Source: a virus (taxonomy: Duplodnaviria; Caudoviricetes). From it: 62,606 nucleotides of DNA. Of this stretch, positions 7,911 to 17,909 are shown piece by piece. Under the pieces are notes generated by a model that worked only from the letters and a program-made list of their open reading frames with translations, did no database searches and had not been told where the DNA came from. The position numbers and the translations under genes are program-made. Each line of letters begins with the position of its first letter. The stretch's first letter is position 1. The stretch covers positions 1 to 62,606 of IMG/VR virus record IMGVR_UViG_3300035703_000095. One strand, given 5' to 3'.

Positions 7911-8579
7911 TTATGAATAAAGTCTGATATTATCAGCAGTTTTAAGGGTCTCAGTCTTATATTGACTGGACCCTTCTTTATATGGCATAATTTCTTTCAT
8001 ATCATTGAGTACAACGTTTAGATATGATGGTTTTAGAACATATATATTTCTCTTGTTATTTTCCAATTCCTCTTCATATTCGTAGTTTGTCACTGGAATT
8101 GAAAGATTTGGTGTTGTAATTTCTTGATCTATAAAATAGTCATAATAACTTACAAAATAGATTTCGTTCACACGCAACCCTGCAGGAACAATAACTACGC
8201 CTTGACTGTTTTTAGCTTCTTCAGTGACATAGTGATGGATTCCATTGTAGATTGTATCGTAGTCCCCATACTTATCAATCAAAAATCTATCAAAATTGTC
8301 TTGAGTAAGAGGCCATTCTGTTTGAACATTTACAATGTTATTGGATAATAAAACTACCCAGTCTAAAGTAGAATCATTGTAAATTTCGAAGGCAACATTA
8401 TCTGGGCGATCATTACCTTTAATCTGATATTTTTCAAAGAATGCTAGATTTTGAAAAATATCTTCGCGGAGTCTTCCTTTCTTAAAAAGATTTTTTAGTG
8501 GCAAATAATCTCCTATTTTAGCATCAGGAAGAACGCTAACATACTCAAAATTTGGGACTTGGCGAAAGTAACTTGGCAT
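7911..8579 (-). CDS. gp53: baseplate wedge subunit gp53
   Basis: YF..P, RPDNVA..IY, WVVLLSNNI, IHHY motifs. Confidence 0.88.
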   Translation of the reverse strand: MPSYFRQVPNFEYVSVLPDAKIGDYLPLKNLFKKGRLREDIFQNLAFFEKYQIKGNDRPDNVAFEIYNDSTLDWVVLLSNNIVNVQTEWPLTQDNFDRFLIDKYGDYDTIYNGIHHYVTEEAKNSQGVVIVPAGLRVNEIYFVSYYDYFIDQEITTPNLSIPVTNYEYEEELENNKRNIYVLKPSYLNVVLNDMKEIMPYKEGSSQYKTETLKTADNIRLYS

Positions 8580-8580
8580 T

Positions 8581-9909
8581 TTAGTAACCTACATTATCGT
8601 TATCATCACCATAGTCATCATCAAATAGTGGGACTAGTTCTTGGAATTGAAGTGTCAACTCATATGATGTCATTGAAGGCTCATTTGCCCCAAAAGTCAT
8701 ATAATTTCCATCTGGTGTGTAATTGACATTGCATGAGGTCAGAGCACACTCTTTGAATTTATTTAAGTATGGATGTTGTTTATTTGATGAAAGATAAGAA
8801 ATTGCAAAAGTGTGTGGTGCCTGCAGTAATAAAGCAGCAGTAGACCTCTTAGTTGACATTGCTTGCTTAAAATAACGAAGTATTTTTCTAACAACTATTG
8901 CTTCTTGTTCGCTTCTTGGAGATAATCTAAAAGTAAATCCAAAACTTCTTAGTTGTGGACCATTAAATAGCAATTCCATATTTGGATTCAAAACAGCACC
9001 ATATTGTCTTTGAAGAATTCCAGCATTTTGACCAAGTGCTGCTTGCGTGAATTTTGATGCAGCTGCAATTTGAAAATCTGGAGCATTTTTGGAAGCATTT
9101 TCAAATTCCGATTTTGCAGCCTCTGCTCCTGCTGAGCCTCCACCTGCTATTGCAGATTGTGCAACATTTGCAAGACCTCTGGTAATTTCATCCAGAGAAT
9201 TTGAAGACCAATCAACTGTGTTTGAGTCTGATATTCCTCCAGGTATTGGAAGTGTAATTGTTGTAAGGACTTCTCTTTTATTGATTTCAGGAATTCCCGA
9301 ATTTACAACAACTCTACGTTCTTTTCTAGATGCTTCATCTAACTCTAATCCAGATGCTGAATATTTAATTACTGAAAATTTTATACAATCTTGATGTTCT
9401 AATCTCAATCCAATTGGGTACACCAAACTTTGATCGTAATTAACTCTAGACTTAACTTCTTTTAAAGCTTCTTTAAGAAGTTTATCCGACTGTTGATCTT
9501 TTCCTTCCGTAGGTTTTGAATTTCCAGAAGTAGCGTCAGTTCCACCTGGAGTATTTGCTTTATTTGGAGATACTAGTTTATTTGCTGTTGCTTGTGCCGC
9601 TTCTGGAGATCCACCTGCTGCTTGAACTCCTATAGAAACAGCTTGCGTTGCTTTGTTTTTTATTTCTTTAACGTTATTTGCATCAGATAATGCTTTCCTT
9701 TCAATATTTGTTAGATTTGCGTTTGGATCTGGAGTGAATTTATTAGTTTTTGTATTGATTGTTCCTAGACTTTGATATTGATTTAAAACACCTAGTCTGT
9801 AAATTTGAGTTACTCCCGTTGTTGAATTTACGACAGGAGACAAAACTCCATCAACACCTTTTATAGTGAATGGATTTTTACCAGGTTCTCCGTATGTTCC
9901 CACTGCCAT
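8581..9909 (-). CDS. gp48: baseplate tail-tube cap gp48
   Basis: NPNMELLFNGPQLRSFGFTF, CALTSCNVNYTPDG, LQFQE. Confidence 0.85.
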   Translation of the reverse strand: MAVGTYGEPGKNPFTIKGVDGVLSPVVNSTTGVTQIYRLGVLNQYQSLGTINTKTNKFTPDPNANLTNIERKALSDANNVKEIKNKATQAVSIGVQAAGGSPEAAQATANKLVSPNKANTPGGTDATSGNSKPTEGKDQQSDKLLKEALKEVKSRVNYDQSLVYPIGLRLEHQDCIKFSVIKYSASGLELDEASRKERRVVVNSGIPEINKREVLTTITLPIPGGISDSNTVDWSSNSLDEITRGLANVAQSAIAGGGSAGAEAAKSEFENASKNAPDFQIAAASKFTQAALGQNAGILQRQYGAVLNPNMELLFNGPQLRSFGFTFRLSPRSEQEAIVVRKILRYFKQAMSTKRSTAALLLQAPHTFAISYLSSNKQHPYLNKFKECALTSCNVNYTPDGNYMTFGANEPSMTSYELTLQFQELVPLFDDDYGDDNDNVGY

Positions 9910-9923
9910 TAGATAAGGAGTTT

Positions 9924-10316
9924 TTATTTATTTAGACGGAATTTTGCATAAGGTATATTTAACATCTCATCAAGTTCTTCATATTTTACAACATGTAGTT
10001 TTCCAATAACTTCTTCCCAGGTATATTGTCTACCTTCTCTCCAGTGAAAATTAATTGCTTTAAACCCCCATCTTTCTAAAGATGTACATGCAATGAGTGG
10101 ATGTTGATCATATTCAATATCAGGAGTTTTGGGACTATACACAAATGTATAGAATTTCCCAGGTTCTGGATATAAAACTTCTTCTTTTAAAGTTTCCATA
10201 ATAATCATCATCAAATCTTCAGGATCACTTGTTTGGGCAGTATCAATTCTCTTTTTCAATTCTCTCATTCTTGGAGGAATTGAATCTTTGGTATATTTGC
10301 CAAAACCTTCTGCCAT
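9924..10316 (-). CDS. gp2: DNA end protector gp2-like protein
   Basis: PGKFYTFVYSPKT, YDQHPLI, GFKAINFH; next to gp4. Confidence 0.7.
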   Translation of the reverse strand: MAEGFGKYTKDSIPPRMRELKKRIDTAQTSDPEDLMMIIMETLKEEVLYPEPGKFYTFVYSPKTPDIEYDQHPLIACTSLERWGFKAINFHWREGRQYTWEEVIGKLHVVKYEELDEMLNIPYAKFRLNK

Positions 10317-10759
10317 TATTTGATACCTAATTCGTCTTCTGTGATGATTTTAAATTCTATCATTCTATCATCACAAAATTCTTTTGCTGCTTTCCATTTT
10401 GCTTGATTAACAGCATAAGTTGTACATTCGTGAAGGTATGATTTAGTAACCTTTGTTTTTTTAACAGGAGCTTTGGTTTGTTTTTTCGGTTTTACTTCTA
10501 TCACATAAGTTTTGATTTGCCCATTACTTTCCTTCACTTTAATAATAAAGTCTGGAAAATATCTATGGACTCTATTATCAACTGGAGAGACATAAGGTAT
10601 CCAGAACTCTTCGCTTCCCCATTCCAATATACTCTCATTTAGGTCACACCAATGGCAGAATCTTCTTTCCCAACTACTTCTACAGATAATGTTATCGGGA
10701 TTTCCTTTATATTTGTTCGGATATGATGGTTTGTATTTACTTTTAAGACTTTCTGCCAT
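10316..10759 (-). CDS. gp4: head completion nuclease gp4
   Basis: KYKGNP, RSSWE, HRYFPDF, IEVKP, NQAKW (TnsA-like). Confidence 0.92.
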   Translation of the reverse strand: MAESLKSKYKPSYPNKYKGNPDNIICRSSWERRFCHWCDLNESILEWGSEEFWIPYVSPVDNRVHRYFPDFIIKVKESNGQIKTYVIEVKPKKQTKAPVKKTKVTKSYLHECTTYAVNQAKWKAAKEFCDDRMIEFKIITEDELGIK

Positions 10760-10781
10760 ACATAATATATAAGGTAAAAAT

Positions 10782-10789
10782 TATTTATA
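10782..10789 (-). promoter_or_regulatory. T4-type late promoter
   Basis: TATAAATA on the minus strand, 22 nt upstream of gp4. Confidence 0.8.
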
Positions 10790-10790
10790 A

Positions 10791-11663
10791 ATGCCCAATC
10801 CAAGAACAGTTTCTCAAATTAAAGCAAACTTATTGAGACCTGCTTTAACTTCTCATTTTGAAGTTGAGATTGGAATTCCACCTGGAAATGCTTTTACAGA
10901 CTTTTTAAGACTTAATGGTGTTCCTTGGAATGATTTAACAGTAAATAAACTTCGTTTAATGTGCTCAGAAGCAACTCTTCCTGGTTCTAGTTTGGCAACT
11001 CATGAGATTAATAATGACTTTACCGGAGTTACTGAAAGGCACGTATATAGAAGAATATATGATGATCGAATTGATCTTACTTTTTATGTAGACGCAGAAA
11101 ATTATTTTCCAATTAGATTTTTTGAAACTTGGATTAAGTATATTGTAGACGAAGGTATAGCCCCTCAACCTGAAAGAGGTGGAATTGGATCTAAAAATCC
11201 AAATTATTTCTATAGAATAAGATACCCTGAGGGCGATGGAAAAGGTAATAAGGGGTATGTTGCTGAGGGATTAAAAGTTATCAAATTTGAAAGAGATTAT
11301 AAACAAAAACTGGAATATGATTTTGTAAGATCATATCCAATTAGTATAACATCGATGCCAGTTTCTTATGATTCTTCATCTTTACTTAAATGTACAGTAT
11401 CAATGACATACATTAGATATGTTTTGAATCAAGGAGGTAATCTGACTCAATCACCAACACCAACACCAAAAGAACAATCATACTTCAATCAGGCTCAAGA
11501 CTACTTCTTAAATCCACAATTTGGAGTTGAGGGTCCTCAAGGAACTCCAAAGGGCCCGAATGATTTCTTAAATATTGGTAATCCTGCACTGGATCAATTT
11601 GGAGTTAGAGATCAACTTGGTAGAGGTGCTGCAGGTACAATAGGTGCAAATATTCTTGCGTAA
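10791..11663 (+). CDS. tail-tube-initiator-like baseplate protein (gp54-like)
   Basis: LMCSEATLPG, LTFYVD, YPISI tail-tube-fold motifs; gene order. Confidence 0.7.
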   Translation: MPNPRTVSQIKANLLRPALTSHFEVEIGIPPGNAFTDFLRLNGVPWNDLTVNKLRLMCSEATLPGSSLATHEINNDFTGVTERHVYRRIYDDRIDLTFYVDAENYFPIRFFETWIKYIVDEGIAPQPERGGIGSKNPNYFYRIRYPEGDGKGNKGYVAEGLKVIKFERDYKQKLEYDFVRSYPISITSMPVSYDSSSLLKCTVSMTYIRYVLNQGGNLTQSPTPTPKEQSYFNQAQDYFLNPQFGVEGPQGTPKGPNDFLNIGNPALDQFGVRDQLGRGAAGTIGANILA

Positions 11664-11704
11664 ATAGCAATAAATAATCACATCTGAATTTAATATAGGA
11701 TATT

Positions 11705-12424
11705 ATGCCTTTACCAAAGATTGCAACGCCAACATATGAACTTGAATTGCCATCAACAGGAGAAACAATTCAATACAGACCATTCCTAGTCAAGGAAGAA
11801 AAACTTCTTGTAATTGCACTAGAGTCTGAGGATACTAAACAGATTACTACTGCAATCAAGTCAGTCATTAAAAATTGTATTCAATCAAAAGGAATTAAAG
11901 TAGAATCTCTTCCAACTTTTGATATTGAATATCTATTCTTGAACATTCGTGGAAAATCAGTTGGAGAAGAACTTGAGGTTAATATTATTTGTCCAGATGA
12001 TGAAGAGACCACAACTTCAGTTACAATCAATTTAGACGACATTAAAGTTCAGAAGAACGAAAATCATACAAACAAAATTAAAGTTGATCCAAAGATCATG
12101 ATGGAAATGAAGTATCCATCATTGGATCAATTTATTAAAAATAACTTTGATCTGAACGATGCAAGTGCAATGGATCAATCATTTGATCTGATTGCATCAT
12201 GTATCGATAAAATATACACAGAAGATGAAGTTTGGTCTGCTGCTGACGTTACTAAAAAAGAGTTGAATGAATTTTTGGAGCAAATGAATTCAGCTCAATT
12301 CAAAGAAATTGAAAAATTCTTTGAATCTATGCCAAGACTTTCTCATAAAATTAAGGTAACAAATCCAAAGACAGAAGTTGAAAGTGAGGTAGTTCTAGAA
12401 GGGTTAGCATCTTTTTTCGCATAG
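11705..12424 (+). CDS. gp26: baseplate hub assembly protein gp26
   Basis: MPLPKIATPTYELELPS, RPFLVKEEK, LFLNIRGKSVGE, ends GLASFFA; AATAAATA at 11669. Confidence 0.9.
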   Translation: MPLPKIATPTYELELPSTGETIQYRPFLVKEEKLLVIALESEDTKQITTAIKSVIKNCIQSKGIKVESLPTFDIEYLFLNIRGKSVGEELEVNIICPDDEETTTSVTINLDDIKVQKNENHTNKIKVDPKIMMEMKYPSLDQFIKNNFDLNDASAMDQSFDLIASCIDKIYTEDEVWSAADVTKKELNEFLEQMNSAQFKEIEKFFESMPRLSHKIKVTNPKTEVESEVVLEGLASFFA

Positions 12425-12435
12425 CCCTGGTCCAT

Positions 12436-12615
12436 ATGGACCTTGAAAACTATTTTCGACTTAATTTTGCCTTGATGCAGTACCATAAATATTCTTTGAC
12501 AGAGATTGAAAATTTGATGCCTTGGGAACGTGATATTTACGTCGCTTTATTAGAACAACATCTCGAAGAAGAAAAATTAAAGCAACAACAAGCAAATGGC
12601 AGTCAGTTCTTCTAA
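12436..12615 (+). CDS. gp51: baseplate hub assembly catalyst gp51
   Basis: Hand translation MDLENYFRLNFALMQYHKYSLTEIENLMPWERDIYVALL...; too short for the ORF track. Confidence 0.85.
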   Translation: MDLENYFRLNFALMQYHKYSLTEIENLMPWERDIYVALLEQHLEEEKLKQQQANGSQFF

Positions 12616-14959
12616 AAATTTATTACCTCCAGGTAAAACGAAGGGTGGGACTGCACTTGTCAGTGAAAAGATAGACGAAAGAATACTTAGGTTAATTGGT
12701 CAAGAAGAAGTTTTTGATATTGATTATGATACATATGCTTCTCTACTAAGAGAAGCAATGATAAGAGGTAGGATGTCTAAAACATCAATACCTACAGAAG
12801 AGATTGAGTTAGTTACAAATGAGTGGAAAAGAGTAAAGGGAAAGAAAGGAAGATTTAAAGTTAAAAAAATTAGTGCCGAAAGTTTTAAAAAAGGAAGTTC
12901 TGTTGGAATCAATTTTTTAAAGCAAAAAAGACTTGCTCCAGTAAAACCACTTTCTCTTTTACCATCAATAGAAAAGTTAAAAGAGAAAAATGAAGTACAA
13001 GAAATTATTGGTCTTCTTGGAGAAATAATTAAGAGTTTAACTCTTTCAAATAAGAATAAGAAAAATGCAGATGAAAAAAGAAGAAAGTCTGAAGAAGCAG
13101 AAAAAAGAGGTCTAGCAGAATCTGCACTTGAAAAAGGTTTTAAAGGAGCAATAAAAGTTGCTGAAAAGATTATTGCACCAATAAAATCATTATTAAGTAG
13201 AATTCTTGATTACTTCACTGCAATTTTCTTGGGAAGAGTTGTTATTAAACTCCTTGAATGGTTTTCAAATCCAGATAATGCAGAAAAGATTAAAACCATC
13301 GGTAGATTTCTTGGTGATCACTGGCCAAAATTATTAAGTCTTTATCTTCTATTCGGTACACAATTTGGTGGATTTGTAAGGAGTTTAATATCTTTATTGG
13401 TAAAAGGCGGTGCAACTCTTCTTAAAGTTGCACTGGGCCTAGCAGCAAAAGCAGGTCTAGGTAAAGCAGGTAAATTTTCAAAATTTTTAGGTGGTAAAAA
13501 AGGAAAACTTTTAGTTGCTGGAGTTGAAGCAGCTACTACAGTTGGTGCCACAATGGCACTTAGTAGCGGTATTGAAAATTTTGCAGGAATAGGTGGAGGA
13601 GAACCAAAAACACAAAAGTTTTCTGGTGGGGGATTAGCAATTCCAAAATTTAGTGGAGGTGGTTTTAACCTTAAAGGTATGATGGGCGGCGCTAGTATAG
13701 GTGCTATGTTTGGACCTTTGGGAATGCTTCTTGGTGGTGCCTTAGGATCTAAACCACAAGAAGGTGGTTTTGTGAGTGGTGAAAAGGGTGTTGATAAAGT
13801 TCCTGCTATGTTAAGTGATGGTGAATTTGTTATGTCCCGTAAAGCTGTACAAAAATATGGTGTTGATACCTTAGAGTCTATGAATGCCGCTGCTGGCGGA
13901 ACAAATAGGCCTAAAATGATTAGTGGAGCAACCTATGCTTATGGCGGAGGTCTTATTGGTAAATCTCCAGATACAAAAGAGAAACCACCCAAAGAAACTT
14001 TCAGACCCGATGCACTTCAATCAGCAAAAGCACTTGCTTCGGGTAAAGGTGTGAATGTTAAAGGAGAAAGCACCGGAAGAAATCTTGGTACGGGTTATGG
14101 TGCAAAATATAATGGAAGAGATGCTTTTGTTATTAAGAATGGTGCAAATAATATGGATCTTTCTGTGACTTTAGGCGGAAAAAGATACTATGGAATGAAA
14201 AAGGGAAATGATGCAGTTTATACTGCATTAGATAGAAGAGATGCTGCAATTTCCGGTGGAGGTTTATTCCAACCGGGAGGATTATTTGGAGGACCAAAAA
14301 TGTCCTCAAGAATGGATTATGCACAATCAAAAGGAAAGTATTATTCTTCTTCTGATCGAAAGACTTATGGGAATTATAATGATGCATTAGCTGCTAAAAA
14401 ATCAAGAATGATATCTTTGGCATCTCAACAAAGATTGGACAAATTAACCTGGGGAAATGTTGGTCCAGATATGATGCCCAAAAGATTTTCTGAAGAAAAT
14501 AGAGTACGTAAAGAAGAGTATGATAAGAGGGGTGGATTTTTTGGTCAGATTGGTAGAGGTTTGACCTCAATGTTTGGAACATATAAGGATATTGATAAGA
14601 ATAAAGCAGCAGATAAGGCATCAGAGGCAAGAGCAAAGCAAGCTGGTGCTGCATCTATTGGTAGATACTATTCTTCCTCTGATGGTAAGTATTATAAAGA
14701 TTACAATGCAGCAGTAAAGGCAAAAAATTTAAGGACTGAAGAAAGAAAAAATTCAGCAAAAATATCTCCATCTAAACCAAATATAAAACCATTGGCACCA
14801 CCTCCTAGACAACAAGTAAAGGTAAGAACTAAACCTATTGGAAGTGGAAAAGGTGGTGTATCAAAGCCAGTTGGTGGAGCACCAAAAACACCAAACTTTG
14901 GTGCAACTTGTCCGTCAAGTAATGCACGTAAAAACAAAAAGATTTTGGGTATTTTCTAA
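12596..14959 (+). CDS. tape-measure-like tail protein 1
   Basis: Follows gp26/gp51; charged helix, amphipathic Gly/Ala-rich segment, DKVPAMLSDGEFV motif. Confidence 0.6.
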   Translation: MAVSSSKNLLPPGKTKGGTALVSEKIDERILRLIGQEEVFDIDYDTYASLLREAMIRGRMSKTSIPTEEIELVTNEWKRVKGKKGRFKVKKISAESFKKGSSVGINFLKQKRLAPVKPLSLLPSIEKLKEKNEVQEIIGLLGEIIKSLTLSNKNKKNADEKRRKSEEAEKRGLAESALEKGFKGAIKVAEKIIAPIKSLLSRILDYFTAIFLGRVVIKLLEWFSNPDNAEKIKTIGRFLGDHWPKLLSLYLLFGTQFGGFVRSLISLLVKGGATLLKVALGLAAKAGLGKAGKFSKFLGGKKGKLLVAGVEAATTVGATMALSSGIENFAGIGGGEPKTQKFSGGGLAIPKFSGGGFNLKGMMGGASIGAMFGPLGMLLGGALGSKPQEGGFVSGEKGVDKVPAMLSDGEFVMSRKAVQKYGVDTLESMNAAAGGTNRPKMISGATYAYGGGLIGKSPDTKEKPPKETFRPDALQSAKALASGKGVNVKGESTGRNLGTGYGAKYNGRDAFVIKNGANNMDLSVTLGGKRYYGMKKGNDAVYTALDRRDAAISGGGLFQPGGLFGGPKMSSRMDYAQSKGKYYSSSDRKTYGNYNDALAAKKSRMISLASQQRLDKLTWGNVGPDMMPKRFSEENRVRKEEYDKRGGFFGQIGRGLTSMFGTYKDIDKNKAADKASEARAKQAGAASIGRYYSSSDGKYYKDYNAAVKAKNLRTEERKNSAKISPSKPNIKPLAPPPRQQVKVRTKPIGSGKGGVSKPVGGAPKTPNFGATCPSSNARKNKKILGIF

Positions 14960-14962
14960 CAT

Positions 14963-17884
14963 ATGGAAAACAAAGCACTTCCTCCTGCAAAAATTGATCC
15001 AAAAAAACTTTTACCTGGGAAGGGTACGTCTGCGATTGTTAAAAAAATTAGTTCAAGATCTGTCGAAAAATCTAGTGATGGACTTTCTGTTTCTAATTTA
15101 GAACTAGGTATAATTAAGAAGCAGGTTATAAGGGTAAGAGATTTAATATCAACAAGTGCTTTACTTGAGAAAGAAGAAGAAAAGAGAAAAAGAAAAAATC
15201 AAGAACAAAAAAGATTTAAAGAAAAAGAGGAAAAGTTAGAAAAACCAAAAGAGGAAGGAAAAGAAAAAATTAAATTACCATCTGCACCAAAATTAAGTTT
15301 TCTTGATAGAATTAAAAAGTTTTTATTCAATATTTTACTTGGATTTATTGTCGTAAAATTAATCCCACAAGCTCCAAAATTAATTCAAGTTGCAAAATTA
15401 GCAGGTCAAGCATTAGATTTTATAACTGATTGGGGAGGAAAACTTTTAAATGGACTTGTAACTTTTATTGATTGGGGTTATAAGGCATATGATGGAACAA
15501 GAAAGTTTTTGAGTAATTTAGGTGGAGAAAACTTTGCTAAAGTCTTTGATACTTTTAATGGGGTAGTTGGTAAGGTTATTGAAGCAGCTATTACAACCGC
15601 AATAGTTCTTGGAAGTCAAGGAGATGATGGTGTTCTTGACATTGGTATGGACATGTTGAAGGACCGATTTCTTGGTAAAGGTGCTCAACAAGCAGCTCAG
15701 ACTGGTGCTCAGGCAGCAGGACAAGTAGGAAAAACTGCTGGAATGGGTGCTGGTGCAGTTGCAGGTATTGTTGCTGGTGCTGGACTACTTGCATCTGCTT
15801 TAGGTGAAGGTGCATTTCAAGTAAGAAAGTTTGCAATAAAACCGATACAAAATCTTGAAAAAGCATATAAAGATGATAAAAATCCATTTACAAAATTTGG
15901 TCGTGGTGTTGTTCTTAATATGGTTAGACCTCTTTATGGTCTATTTTCTGCTGTAGGATTCTTACTAGATGTAGTTGGTGCTCCTTTCAGATATGCAATT
16001 GAACTATTACGTTTTCCATTTTTAAGTGAAGAAGATAAAAAGAAACAAGCATCCAATCTATCAAAATTTGATGCAAGAATTCGTGAGGATTTGAGAAAAG
16101 CATTAAATATGCTTACTCTTGGATTAGCATTTAAAGAAAAGGGTTCCTTTGGAAACATTTATGGAAACAAAGGTACTCAAAAAGAGATGATGAGTAAGAT
16201 GGCAGGTGGTGGAATTACTAGAGCTGGTAGAAAAGTCGGCGGTCCAGCAAGAAGAAAGATTAAAAAGAGTAAAGTAAAGAGAGAAATAAGAATTGAACCA
16301 ACAGAATTAAAACCTGGTGCTAATGTTGGTGGAGACAAAAAAATACAAAAAATATTTCCAAAGTCTGAATCGACTGATACAGTAAATCCATTGGGATATA
16401 CTGAAACTTTTTATGATAAGACTAGTGAAATACCTTTTTTTGGTCCTATTTTTGGATTAGCAACAAAATCTTTGGTTGGACAAAAACCTTCTCGTGTTGA
16501 TTATGAAAATGTTGGAAAGGGATTGAATTCTTGGATGGATAATACTTTTAGTAGAGATATATTACGAACTGGAGGAGCATTTGCTGGTGGAGGAGAAGTT
16601 AACTCTGAAATGTTTATGAAAGGAGAAGATCTATCAAGAATTATTGCAAAATCTGTTGAGGACAATATTTCTTCAAGATTAGATAATACAATGAATGAAT
16701 TAATGAAGCAGTTGATGTTGAAAGATATTGATAGAGGAAAAGAACCAGGACAAACAACTCCAGGTGCTGAGGAAGAACCATCAGGATCTCCAACTCTCAC
16801 GGGTAATAGCAACGCAGAAAAAGTTTTTCGTTATTTGACAGATAAAGAAGGATTTACTCCAGAAGCTGCTGCAGGTATTATTGGAAATCTTATGCAGGAA
16901 TCTGGGGTTAATCCTAAATCCAGGCAACTTGGTGGCGGTCCTGGTAGAGGTATTATGCAATGGACAGAAAGTGAGAGATGGGCATCATTAAGCGCATGGG
17001 CAAACAACTCAGGAAAAGATCCTTGGGCACTTGAAACTCAGGTTGAATGGATGGTTAAGGAAATGAAGTCTTATGGAACATATAATCGTATTAAAAGTGT
17101 AACTTCATATAAAAAAGCAGTTGAAATATTCGAGCGTGAAATGGAAAGAGCGGGTACTCCAAACTATCCTAGAAGATATAAGTATGCTGCAGATGCTCTT
17201 GCAAGTTTTGGTGGTAAAGCAGGAGGTCCGGGAATTCAATTGGGTAAAGGATATGGTAGTGAGGGTAGTAAAATTGCTGGAGAACTTGGTAAATTTATTA
17301 AATCTCAATTAAGAAGTCCGGCACAATTCCAGGCCGTCACAGAACACCCAGAACATGGTGGAGTTAGAGGAAGACATGCAAGTGGATCCTATCATTACTC
17401 TAACCGCGCTATCGATATTGGTGCATATACTCATGAGCAAGGTCCAATTTTAAATGTAATTGCTCAATTTAACAAAATGAAAGGTGTCAAACCAGTTGAA
17501 TTGCTTCATGGAGGAAATGATTCTGGACACAGAGATCATGTTCACGTTGCGTATGGAAAAGGTGGTTTAGTTAGAGGATTTACGAAGGCAATACTTGGTG
17601 AGCGCGGTATTGAGTTTGTTCTTGACACGGATACTACCTCAGCATTAGAACAAAATTTCCCTGGATTCTTGAGTGAATTGAACAAAGCAAATTATGATGG
17701 TGCTATTCAGGTTTTAAGAAATTATGCATCATACGAATCTGGAGCTTCTATGGAAGTTGTTGTCGATCAACCAGAACCAGAAGTTGTCTATGTTCCAATG
17801 CCTATCTCCAGACAGTCTATGATTTCTCCCACATCAAATTCTGGGTTTGATTCTTCATATGATTATTCTTATAAGAATGGTTAA
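14963..17884 (+). CDS. tape-measure-like tail protein 2 with tail-lysozyme and Zn-peptidase-like domains
   Basis: AAAGIIGNLMQESG...GIMQW (phage tail lysozyme); H..GSYHYSNRAIDI...HRDHVHV (M15-like). Confidence 0.7.
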   Translation: MENKALPPAKIDPKKLLPGKGTSAIVKKISSRSVEKSSDGLSVSNLELGIIKKQVIRVRDLISTSALLEKEEEKRKRKNQEQKRFKEKEEKLEKPKEEGKEKIKLPSAPKLSFLDRIKKFLFNILLGFIVVKLIPQAPKLIQVAKLAGQALDFITDWGGKLLNGLVTFIDWGYKAYDGTRKFLSNLGGENFAKVFDTFNGVVGKVIEAAITTAIVLGSQGDDGVLDIGMDMLKDRFLGKGAQQAAQTGAQAAGQVGKTAGMGAGAVAGIVAGAGLLASALGEGAFQVRKFAIKPIQNLEKAYKDDKNPFTKFGRGVVLNMVRPLYGLFSAVGFLLDVVGAPFRYAIELLRFPFLSEEDKKKQASNLSKFDARIREDLRKALNMLTLGLAFKEKGSFGNIYGNKGTQKEMMSKMAGGGITRAGRKVGGPARRKIKKSKVKREIRIEPTELKPGANVGGDKKIQKIFPKSESTDTVNPLGYTETFYDKTSEIPFFGPIFGLATKSLVGQKPSRVDYENVGKGLNSWMDNTFSRDILRTGGAFAGGGEVNSEMFMKGEDLSRIIAKSVEDNISSRLDNTMNELMKQLMLKDIDRGKEPGQTTPGAEEEPSGSPTLTGNSNAEKVFRYLTDKEGFTPEAAAGIIGNLMQESGVNPKSRQLGGGPGRGIMQWTESERWASLSAWANNSGKDPWALETQVEWMVKEMKSYGTYNRIKSVTSYKKAVEIFEREMERAGTPNYPRRYKYAADALASFGGKAGGPGIQLGKGYGSEGSKIAGELGKFIKSQLRSPAQFQAVTEHPEHGGVRGRHASGSYHYSNRAIDIGAYTHEQGPILNVIAQFNKMKGVKPVELLHGGNDSGHRDHVHVAYGKGGLVRGFTKAILGERGIEFVLDTDTTSALEQNFPGFLSELNKANYDGAIQVLRNYASYESGASMEVVVDQPEPEVVYVPMPISRQSMISPTSNSGFDSSYDYSYKNG

Positions 17885-17909
17885 ATAATAAGATAGAGGT
17901 AGTTTATAA

